From Saccostrea cucullata (taxonomy: Eukaryota), in the NCBI RefSeq assembly GCF_032062105.1, contig NW_026921633.1, positions 1-64,000 on the forward strand: 64,000 bases of DNA, in the 5' to 3' direction. The number at the start of each line of letters is the position of its first letter. Position 1 is the stretch's first letter. The notes under the pieces are model-generated. The model saw only the letters and a list, made by a program, of their open reading frames with translations. It was not told the DNA's origin and searched no databases. Both the position numbers and the translations under genes were made by a program. This document shows, piece by piece, positions 14,701 through 25,010 of the stretch.

Positions 14701-15530
14701 TTTAAAAATGTATGCTGGAAAAGAGTCCCCCCCCCCCTTGCTTTTTAGTGAATATACCCAACTATACAGATTTTAAATAACAGAAACAAAGTATGTTTTT
14801 AAATTGACATACATAAATAAACCCTTTTGTATAAAAATCAGACTAAAATTCACATTTCTAAAAATTGATGCATTCTTGAAGGTGGCAGAGGATAGTTTTT
14901 TTTGCAATCAAAACGTTTGACTGACGGTTTACTTAATATTGAGCTGCTTTTAAAATGTGCATTGAAAAAATTTAAATTCCCTCTACATGTAATAATAGTA
15001 TGATGTAGTCCCTTGAGAAATTTGAAGCTTTCAGGAATAAAATATGTACAACTTACACAATGAGCACTAAAGATGGCGCAGGGACAATCTCAAAATTTCA
15101 TGTGAATCAAGCCTATTTTCACTATTTCGCCGCAGCCGCATCTGCTTCCAGGCCCGTGCTCATGACCTAAGCTACCACACGAAGTGTAGAATAACATTTG
15201 TACATACCAATGAACAGCAAGAGATATGGGCTCAACCACCTCGTTTTCAAGCTACAATTCATCCTGTGAACCCACCCCGCTTTTCTGGTGAAATACCGGT
15301 AGAGCGAGTTTTGAGCTTAGTTTCGTATTTCTAGTCCATATCCCATATACAGTAGTAGTGACACTAAAGTGTCATATTTCAATAAAATAAACAAGGCCAC
15401 CAATTCCCTCCAAATGCACCCTTAAAATATTCTAGCACTAAAATTACCTATAATATGCATTCAAACCTCAGGTTTCTCTATTTTTTCTATTTTTGACCGG
15501 TACTTTATTCGAAACTATCCTCTGCCACCT
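11748..15530. mobile_element. Non-autonomous KolobokP-like composite: LTDR1 11748-13459, internal region 13460-14879, LTDR2 14880-15530
   Basis: Two near-identical ~650-bp direct repeats, each bounded by 19-bp inverted repeats aggtggcagaggatagttt / aaactatcctctgccacct. Inner junctions are TTAA and TTGA; outer flanks give a TCA duplication if the termini are GG...CC. Confidence 0.8.
11860..12927. mobile_element. Tc1/mariner-type MITE, 1068 bp, TA TSD
   Basis: Perfect 27-bp TIRs cgagggccgttcaaaaattacgcggac with TA on both sides. The empty site ctacatgTAataatag is visible in LTDR2 (~14985). Confidence 0.93.
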
Positions 15531-15827
15531 CAACCGCATGGCTTCTAAGACTTATTTGACAGCTCGTACATGAAACAATTCGTACGAAGGACGTTAACAC
15601 AAAACAACGGATTTAGTCCAGGAATTAATTAATTTACATCTTATGACCAAAAACTAACTGGTTATAGTATACAGGTTATCACCATATATAAAACACATTC
15701 TTCTGAACATTCTGGGTCGGAATATAAGACTTGTAATGGAGGTTTAATTTCTTCTGCCATTATAAGCAATCTATGCGAAAGATTTTTGGACCACACAGGA
15801 CATTCGGTCCTGTGTAGTCAATGAATG

Positions 15828-16040
15828 ACCTAAACATTCAAAGCAAGCTCTGGGTCATGTTCTTCCACAGGGGAACATTCGATCTTCACAGTCAGCAGAT
15901 CATTTAGGGTTGATGGTTTTAGCTCGGTCCGCCTAGAAGTCTTTATGAACTTCATCTGAGAGAAAGTTGTCTCGTTGGTGGAATACACAGCAACAGGTCA
16001 AAGATGGCCATCATTATGCGGTAATCAGGATCATACGCAT
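15828..16040 (-). pseudogene. hAT transposase C-terminal dimerisation-domain relic (ZNF862-like)
   Basis: Manual translation: YRIMMAIFDLLLCIPPT, a deletion/frameshift, then TFSQMKFIKTSRRTELKPSTLNDLLTVKIECSPVEEHDPELALNV*. Confidence 0.75.
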
Positions 16041-16120
16041 TGCTCCCAGCTCTTTGATGCAAGTTCTGTGTCATACTTATTTAAGCATTTATAAATTGAT
16101 TAAAGTTTTGCAACTGTTGA

Positions 16121-16388
16121 TTGATTGTATACTGTTTAACGTCCCGCTCCAGAATATTTCACTGATACTAGTATGAGGACGTCACCATTGCCGATGAAGG
16201 GCTGCAAATTTAGGCCTATGCTCGGCACTTACGGCCTTTGAGCAGGGAGGGATCTTTATCGTGCCACACCTGTTGTGACACGGGGTCTCGGTTTATACGG
16301 TCTCATCCGAAGGACCGCCCCATTTAGTCGCCCTTTACGACAAGCAAGGGGGTACTGAGGACCTGTTGTAACCCGGATCCCCACGGGA
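16121..16388 (-). mobile_element. Second copy of the RTE-5'-headed SINE-like element, 13-bp TSD
   Basis: TSD ttgcaactgttga at 16108-16120 and 16389-16401. Begins TCCCGTGGGGATCCGGG on minus. Confidence 0.9.
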
Positions 16389-18082
16389 TTGCAACTGTTG
16401 AAGAGTTTATAATGATTTTTCAAAAATAAAAAGTAAAGATTATTAATGTAAGTACCTTTTAAGCAAAACCCTTTTCAAAGTATTCCACTGTCCAAGGGCC
16501 TCATGAAGAAGATGTCATCCCCAGGGTCAGTAGGAAAACCACTGCATGCACATTTAAGTGTGTGCTGGAAATGTATTATGACAAGTGTAACTTCCTTTTT
16601 TCCAAAAGTCTAAAATTCGTAAATTCAAGAGTAACTTATTACATATACTTTAAACAAGTCTTTAAATCTATATTCACTACTAGACTTTTTAAAATCTTTA
16701 ACAAAAAGAGCTAGGTCATAACTTCCAGTGTAGAGATTAAATTTTGAAAAAAAAGTGCAATTATTTATCATAATCAGTTTACAAATCGTCAATTTCAAGT
16801 AATAAAGTTAATTTTATTAAATATGAAAAACATAGATTTCTGCAATCATTTAATGTATTTTATTAGTATAGGAAGGAAAATGTTAATCATAATGATTGTA
16901 ACACATAAAATTAGATTAATTATAGGAATCTGAAATCGAGAAATAATTTAAACAAGTTTCATGTTTAAAACAGAATGCCTGATGGACAGACCGAGCATAA
17001 ACTAAACTCACAAAAAATAATTGTAACTTGCAAATTGAAAGAACTTTAAAATAAAATACCAAAATTTTTTAATACAATTAGGACAGGTAAAAAAACCTTT
17101 AAAACTATTGTTGTTAGGTAGCTGCAGATCTGTAGCGTTATGGTTTTTTATATTGGTCTTCGACCATAACGCTACAGATCCTGTAGTGCAAAAAATGTGC
17201 AATTTACGGCGCAATATTTTTTGCGCTCTTTTGGGGAGAATTTCTCCATTTTCTAGCATCGGTCAATCAACTACCTTTTAACTCCTAATACTAGACACAT
17301 TATTTAACCAATCTGTGTATTTTATCCATCTCCCAACCCTTTATAGTCGTCTATACAAATGATAGACTCGCTTGATTAAAATTATTTGTTAGATAACTGA
17401 AAATTAACTTCAAGCGAGTTTTTTACCCGTAGAGACAACCATAAATGGTTGGGAGGTGGAAAAACTATATATATTGGCTACTAAATGTGTCTAGAATTAG
17501 GAGTTGAAAAGTAGTTGATTGACCGAATGCTAGAAAGTGGAGAAATTCTCCCCAAAAGAGCGCAAAAAATATTGCGCCGTAAATTGCAAATTTTTTGCAC
17601 TACGGGATCTGTAGCGTTATGGTCAAAGACAAATATAAAAAAAAAAACATAGGTAATCAGAGATTACAGAGCTCACCTCAACGTGTGTTGTCTTTAAGTA
17701 AGGCAAATTAAGTCACACAATTAACCAACAAAAAGTGTACATCCAAAAATGCAAAATTTATGCAAATTTGATACTTTGGAATAGACCTATATAAAAACTA
17801 AAAACTAGTTCTTCATCATGAAAATGTAATTAAAATCCAGCATCTGAAGCAAGATTGAGAGTTTTCATCCCTTGATGCATCATTTGTGCAACTGGTTTAT
17901 ATAAGCCTTATAGTTTCTTGGTGATAGACTTGCACCCATAACTTTTACGAGGTCTATTATCTGGAAAATGTATGTCGAATTCAGCATCTGAAGCAAGTCC
18001 ATTAGTGTGCATCCTAAGATGTATCATCCATGCAAGTTTGGTCAACATAGGGCTTAAAGTTACTTGCAAATGAAACCTGTAT

Positions 18083-20726
18083 AAAACCAGAAGTCTCTGT
18101 CGAGACTGAAGCTCTACTGGTTTGTACTTATAGCAAAGGAAGAGAAAAGTACTTAAGTTGGAAATTGAAACTTTTCAACAGCAATAAATAGAATAATGAT
18201 CCTTGATTAAGTCTCTTTATGTTCTAAGTGTAGTCTACTTGCATGCCCCAGTATATTATAACCAGACTAAAACTGTTATTTGGAGTAGCATTTTGAGAGT
18301 ATTTAACAGAAATTTCTATTTTTAGTAACCACGGCAACACCATTCATCGAAATCAAAAAACCTATACACAGAATTATGTATCTTAGTGTAGCCTACCTGT
18401 GTGCCAAGTTATATTGAAATCAGACCAAAACTGTAGGAGGAGTAGCATTTTGAAAGAATTTCACAGAAATTTCTATTTTTAGTAACCGCGGCAACACCGT
18501 TCATTGAAATCAAAAACCGATACACAGAATTATGTATCTTAGTGTAGTGTACTCGTGGGCCAAGTTATATTGAAATCAGACCAAAACTGTAGGAGGAGTA
18601 GCATTTTGAAAGAATTTCACAGAAATTTCTATTTTTAGTAACCGCGGCAACACCGTTCATCGAAATCAAAAACCGATATATAGAATTATGTATCTTAGTG
18701 TAGCCTACTTGTGTGCCAAGTTATATTGAAATCAGACCAAAACTGTAGGAGGAGTAGCATTTTGAAAGAATTTCACAGAAATTTCTATTTTTAGTAACCG
18801 CGGCAACACCGTTCATCGAAATCAAAAACCGATATACAGAATTATGTACCTTAGTGTAGTCTACTTGTGTGCCAAGTTATATTGAAATCAGACCAAAACT
18901 GTAGGAGGAGTAGCATTTTGAAAGAATTTCACAGAAATTTCTATTTTTAGTAACAACGGCAACACCGCTCATCGAAATCAAAAACCGATACACAGAATTA
19001 TGTATCTTAGTGTAGTGTACTCGTGGGCCAAGTTATATTGAAATCAGACCAAAACTGTAGGAGGAGTAGCATTTTGAAAGAATTTCACAGAAATTTCTAT
19101 TTTTAGTAACCACGGCAACATCGTTCATCGAAATCAAAAACCGATATACAGAATTATGTATCTTAGTGTAGCTTACTTGTGTGCCAAGTTATATTGAAAT
19201 CAGACCAAAACTGTAGGAGGAGTAGCATTTTGAAAGAATTTCACAGAAATTTCTATTTTTAGTAACTGCGGCAACACCGTTCATCGAAATCAAAAACCGA
19301 TATACAGAATTATGTATCTTAGTGTAGTCTACTTGTGTGCCAAGTTATATTGAAATCAGACCAAAACTGTAGGAGGAGTAGCATTTTGAAAGAATTTCAC
19401 AGAAATTTCTTTTTTTAGTAACCACGGCAACACCGTTCATTGAAATCAAAAACCGATACACAGAATTATGTATCTTAGTGTAATCTACTTGTGTGCCAAA
19501 TTATATTGAAATCAGACCAAAACTGTAGGAGGAGTAGCATTTTGAAAGAATTTCACAGAAATTTCTATTTTTAGTAACTGCGGCAACACCGTTCATCGAA
19601 ATCAAAAACCGATATACAGAATTATGTACCTTAGTGTAGTCTACTTGTGTGCCAAGTTATATTGAAATCAGACCAAAACTGTAGGAGGAGTAGCATTTTG
19701 AAAGAATTTCACAGAAATTTCTATTTTTAGTAACAACGGCAACACCGCTCATCGAAATCAAAAACCGATACACAGAATTATGTATCTTAGTGTAGTGTAC
19801 TCGTGGGCCAAGTTATATTGAAATCAGACCAAAACTGTAGGAGGAGTAGCATTTTGAAAGAATTTCACAGAAATTTCTATTTTTAGTAACCACGGCAACA
19901 TCGTTCATCGAAATCAAAAACCGATATACAGAATTATGTATCTTAGTGTAGCTTACTTGTGTGCCAAGTTATATTGAAATCAGACCAAAACTGTAGGAGG
20001 AGTAGCATTTTGAAAGAATTTCACAGAAATTTCTATTTTTAGTAACTGCGGCAACACCGTTCATCGAAATCAAAAACCGATATACAGAATTATGTATCTT
20101 AGTGTAGTCTACTTGTGTGCCAAGTTATATTGAAATCAGACCAAAACTGTAGGAGGAGTAGCATTTTGAAAGAATTTCACAGAAATTTCTTTTTTTAGTA
20201 ACCACGGCAACACCGTTCATTGAAATCAAAAACCGATACACAGAATTATGTATCTTAGTGTAATCTACTTGTGTGCCAAATTATATTGAAATCAGACCAA
20301 AACTGTAGGAGGAGTAGCATTTTGAAAGAATTTCACAGAAATTTCTATTTTTAGTAACTGCGGCAACACCGTTCATCGAAATCAAAAACCGATATACAGA
20401 ATTATGTATCTTAGTGTAGTCTACTTGTGTGCCAAGTTATATTGAAATCAGACCAAAACTGTAGGAGGAGTAGCATTTTGAAAGAATTTCACAGAAATTT
20501 CTTTTTTTAGTAACCACGGCAACACCGTTCATTGAAATCAAAAACCGATACACAGAATTATGTATCTTAGTGTAATCTACTTGTGTGCCAAGTTATATTG
20601 AAATCAGACCAAAACTGTAGGAGGAGTAGCATTTTGAAAAATTGTTTACAGACAGACAGACGGACGGACGACGGACGCATTACCATCGCATAAGCTCTTC
20701 TGGTCTCTGACCAGTAGAGCTAAAAA
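18083..20726 (+). mobile_element. HINE-type element carrying a 156-bp tandem array, inserted into a 147-bp monomer
   Basis: 12-bp subterminal IR agctctactggt (18110-18121) / accagtagagct (20710-20721). (gaca)n(gacg)n at 20648-20678; hairpin agctcttctggtctctgaccagtagagct. Confidence 0.9.
18225..20640 (+). repeat. 156-bp tandem array, ~15.5 highly similar units
   Basis: gtaggaggagtagc recurs every 156 bp from 18433 to 20617. Confidence 0.97.
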
Positions 20727-22220
20727 TTAACCTTTCCACTAATCCAGAAAATGTAGGTCAGATTCAGCATCCGAAGCCAGCCTAGTAGAATGCACCCTTA
20801 GATGTACCATCCATGCAAGTTTGGTCATTATAGGGATGAAAGTTACTTGGAAATGAATCCTGCACCATAAACTTTAATCTGTTTACTCCTTCAGAAAATG
20901 TAGGTCAGATTCAGCATCCGAAGCAAGTCTGGTAGTATGCATCCTAAGATGTACCATCCATGCAATTTAGTCGTTATAGGGTTCATAGTACTGTACCTTG
21001 GAAATGAAACCTGCACCCAAAATTTTAACCTGTTCACTCAACCGGAAAATGTAGGTCAGATTCAGCATCTGAAGCAGGTCTTGTAATATGCATCCTAAGA
21101 TGTACCATCCATGCAAGTTTGGTCATTATATGTCTCATAGTAACTTGGAAATGAAACCTGCACCAAAAACTTTAACCTGCTCACTCAACTGGAAAATGTA
21201 CGTCAGATTCAGCATCCGAAGCAAGTCTAGTAGATTACATTATAAGATGTACCATCCATGCAAGTTTGGTCATTATAGGGCTCAACGAATCTTCGAAATG
21301 AAACCTTCACCAAAAACTTTAACCTGTTCACTCAACCGGAAAATGTAGGTCAGATTCAGCATCCGAAGCAAGGCTGGTAGTATGCATCCTAAGATGTATC
21401 ATCCATGTAAGTTGGGTCATTATATGTCTCATAGTAACTTGGAAATGAAACCTGCACCAAAAACTTTAACCTGTTCACTCAAATGAAAAATGTAGGTCAG
21501 ATTCAGCATCCGAAGCAAGTTTAGTAGAATACATCCTAAGATGTACCATCCATGCAAGTTTGGTCATTATAGGGCTCAAAGTATCTTCAAAATGAAACCT
21601 GCACCAAAAACTTTAACCTGCTCACTCAACTGGAAAATGTAGGTCAGATTCAGCATCCGAAGCAAGTCTAGTAGATTACATTATAAGATGTACCATCCAT
21701 GCAAGTTTGGTCATTATAGGGCTCAACGTATCTTCGAAATGAAACCTTCACCAAAAACTTTAACCTGTTCACTCAACCGGAAAATGTAGGTCAGATTCAG
21801 CATCCGAAGCAAGGCTGGTAGTATGCATCCTAAGATGTATCATCCATGTAAGTTTGGTCATTATATGTCTCATAGTAACTTGGAAATGAAACCTGCACCA
21901 AAAACTTTAACCTGTTCACTCAAATGAAAAATGTAGGTCAGATTCAGCATCCGAAGCAAGTTTAGTAGAATACATCCTAAGATGTACCATCCATGCAAGT
22001 TTGGTCATTATAGGGCTCAAAGTATCTTCAAAATGAAACCATCACCAAAAACTTTAACCTGTTCACTCAACCGGAAAATGTAGGTCAGATTCAGCATCCG
22101 AAGCAAGGCTGGTAGTATGCATCCTAAGATGTATCATCCATGTAAGTTTGGTCAACATAGGGCTTATAGTTACTCGGAAATGAGACCTACACCAAAAACT
22201 GCACCAAAAATGTTAACCTG
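20727..22220 (+). repeat. 147-bp tandem array, ~10 units (plus ~2 diverged units at 17820-18082)
   Basis: aaatgtaggtcagattcagcatc recurs at ~147-bp spacing from ~20748 to ~22076. Confidence 0.95.
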
Positions 22221-22849
22221 CACCAAAAACATTAACCTGGTCATTCCTTTGCTGAAATTGCAGCATCTGAAACTTTGACTTGTACAATGAAACACACTAG
22301 CAACATCTTCCATGCATGTCTAATCAATATAGGACATAGAAGTACTTAAAAAGAAAACTGCTCCAAAAAACTTAACCTTAACCCGGGACGCCGACGCCGA
22401 CACCGACGCCGAGGGTATCACATAAGCTCCCCCCAACTTCGTTGAGGTGAGCTAAAAAACCCATAACGCTACAGATCTGCAGCTAGTTGTTAGGCAGCGG
22501 CTAATTTTTCAAGTGAAGTAGCTTAGTGGATCCTATCAAGCTCAAAGCGGGATCTAATGGCAACAATAAAAACATTAATTGTATCTGATTTGTAGGGTAG
22601 TGTGGAATTTCCTCTCAATTTTATATCTTGGAAGGTGCTGGAGTTAACTTCAGTTAAGAATGTTCTCCTTTTGAATTCACTCTATAGAAACATGCAGGTT
22701 GAACGTTTTTATTAGAATGTATTTCATATCACTTATCGATTACTGACCTGTCTCAAATTTACTTTAAACAATTACCTGACACCCATCATAAGCAGATAAG
22801 AGTATAATCATACTTATTTTGACTTTAATTCTTCTAGAACATCCAGAGT

Positions 22850-23324
22850 GGCCTCCACCGAACGTTTGCGTTGTCGACAAATTGTGCAACGCAACGAAAC
22901 AGCCTTGTTTTACTGGGTTTCAGCAAAATCCCTACACAAAGCAACATTAACGACGCCACTTGCATCCTTGACTTTAAGTCTCTTAAATGGGACTTCCTCT
23001 CCGGTGTTTCGTAATGTATTTGTTGTAGGTGAGCATGCCTAAAGGTGAAGTAAATATTTATTAATATATGCTTATTAATTATTAAGGGAAAGAAAGGGAA
23101 ATTTAAATGTTAAGAAACACATACAAAAATTTATTTATCAGGAAAAGATTACATCTCGTTATGGCTATGATACAAAGAAGGTCAACTTTCACAGAAACTG
23201 TACTTCTTGGAGGGGACGATGCTGCATTTAATACAGACTTGCAGTATGGTTTCTTACGTATATGTTCTAGGACCTCTTGGGGGACTGTTACCATTTCTTT
23301 GTTGGTTGTGAACACATAAGACAC
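22850..23324 (-). pseudogene. Spliced OB-fold (RPA/SSB-like) gene relic downstream of a Helitron helicase
   Basis: Exon after a cag acceptor ending ...VLNAASSPPRSTVSVKV. Next exon, after a ttag acceptor, is ACSPTTNTLRNTGEEVPFKRLKVKDASGVVNVALCRDFAETQ*, matching the OB-fold pattern R.L.V.D.SG.V.V.LW...AE. Confidence 0.6.
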
Positions 23325-24135
23325 CTGAGTTACAACCAGACAATGACATAGAACAGAATAATATACATGTAAGTGTAAATGTTATAATTTTATGGAAAAT
23401 ATTTCATTAATTTTAGTCCTTAATTAAGCCACGTTATCAAACTATGTGACCTATTTCACATAAAATCTTACAACTTACAGTCTTACAAAATGTTTCCAAT
23501 TTCTCAAATAATATTTAAATTGTAGTAAGACTTCAAAAATTATTTAGAAATATTTTTTTCAAAGGGTCACTGATTCTACTCATTTAAAAAATAAAATCAG
23601 GAAATATTTACCCATCTGCCTTCTTTACAAAATCCGTCAGGATGAGTACTTCTTCTCTAAATACGGGAAACTTGGCAGTATCATATAAATAGACCTCTGC
23701 ATGACTTGTAAGGTCAGCAATTTTGGCTGTCATCATTTGACTTGCTCCTTTTTTTCTTTGAGGTGTATGATGTTGGAGCTGAGACTTCCAAGATTTTCAG
23801 AGTGTCTTCCTCCTTGCAGGTTTTTAATGTCTTGTAGTGTTAGAATATATGTGAAGCAAAAAAAATTACTAGTCATTGAGGAATAAAATATAAGAATTGA
23901 AGATGCATTAATTGAGTGACAATAATATGTTTAAGTCATTTAAATTCAACCCATCAAATATATTAAGAAGATGGAAATGCTTTGTGTAATATCTGAATTA
24001 ATTACAAGCTTCAAACAGGAACATTTTATTATTTGGGTATATGAGAGGGCAAATATGACGTGAATTTTAAATACAAACTAATTTATACTATGGTTTCTAT
24101 TTGTAATATAGAATTTCTAACCTCATTTACTTTCT

Positions 24136-24368
24136 TTATGGTTTAGCTTTTTTTCTGTTCAATCTTACGTACTCTTCAATAACATTGTGATCAACAGTTA
24201 TATCATTTAAAGCCATGCTTAATAATTGTACATTTTCCAATGTTTTAAGTCTACTTAGAGCAACATAAACTTGGCCGTGCTGAAATAACGAGCTGTTTAA
24301 AGATATTGTTGCTTTATGTAATGATAACCCTTGCACCTTATGTAGTGTTGCTGACCAACATGGAATTT
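24136..24368 (-). pseudogene. Pif1-family (Helitron/Helentron) helicase C-terminus
   Basis: IPCWSATLHKVQGLSLHKATISL...FQHGQVYVALSRLKTLENV: SF1B helicase motifs V and VI. Truncated upstream by a Penelope-like tail. Confidence 0.88.
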
Positions 24369-24371
24369 ATG

Positions 24372-24737
24372 GAAGGAGGATATGGAGATAACGAACAGTA
24401 TTCAATCTCAACGTCCATAAAACAATACAAAATTAGAGCAGAGCAAACACTGACCCCCGAAACATCAGAGGTGGGATCAGGTGCCATGGAGGAGTGAGCA
24501 TCCCCTGCCGACCGGTCACACCTGCCGTGTGCTCCTTGTCATGATCAGTAAATAACGGGAAAAAATCCGTCGTCAATTCAGTGTATAAATAATGGACTAA
24601 CAAGTAGTATGAAAAACGTCAGTCAGCATTTGACTCAATTATAAATTGTATTTGCTGACAAGGTCATTGTATCGACCATAGAACTTACGAAATGATGCCT
24701 TTAAACGAGACTGCTGATATTCTTGTTTCGTCAACTT
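24372..24737 (-). mobile_element. Penelope-like 3' fragment, same family as 9137-10265
   Basis: Collinear and highly similar to 9137-9500. Confidence 0.88.
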
Positions 24738-24739
24738 CT

Positions 24740-25010
24740 TTCAGAAGCTTCTATATGTGACGTCATAGGTAAACATTTCATGGCAATGTCCATGTTTTGC
24801 TATGGGAAACTTATAATACGTGTCGTTTAAAAAAGTAAAATAGTAGATGCACAATGGCAATATGTAATAAAGATTCTGTGAAAGTTTCATTAAATTTTAC
24901 TCAGTAGTATAACAGGAGTTGCGGATAAGAGATAAAGCGTAAGGGACAGATGACGGACGGAAATACCGATTACTATATACCCTCCCACTTTTCAAGCGGG
25001 GGGTATAATT
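24740..25010 (+). mobile_element. HINE-type 3' fragment
   Basis: gacagatgacggacgg, then hairpin ataccctcccacttttcaagcggggggtata. Confidence 0.55.

Larger units (their letters stand above)
17647..22459 (+). mobile_element. HINE-type element carrying a 147-bp tandem array
   Basis: 14-bp subterminal IR agctcacctcaacg (17670-17683) / cgttgaggtgagct (22440-22453). (gacgcc)n microsatellite at 22387-22412 and a terminal hairpin; inserted in an A-run. Confidence 0.88.
17119..22485. mobile_element. Foldback MITE (~560 bp of its own sequence, Mutator-like 9-bp TSD) split by nested HINEs
   Basis: TSD gttgttagg at 17110-17118 and 22486-22494. Termini tagctgcagatctgtagcgttatgg / ccataacgctacagatctgcagcta. 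17145-17640 is an imperfect palindrome centred near 17388. Confidence 0.9.

Noticed and set aside
18225-22220. Regular repeat arrays as CRISPR or coding repeats (e.g. ORF 21088-21348)
   Set aside because: Head-to-tail monomers with no unique spacers, no cas genes, eukaryotic context, and stops in most units.
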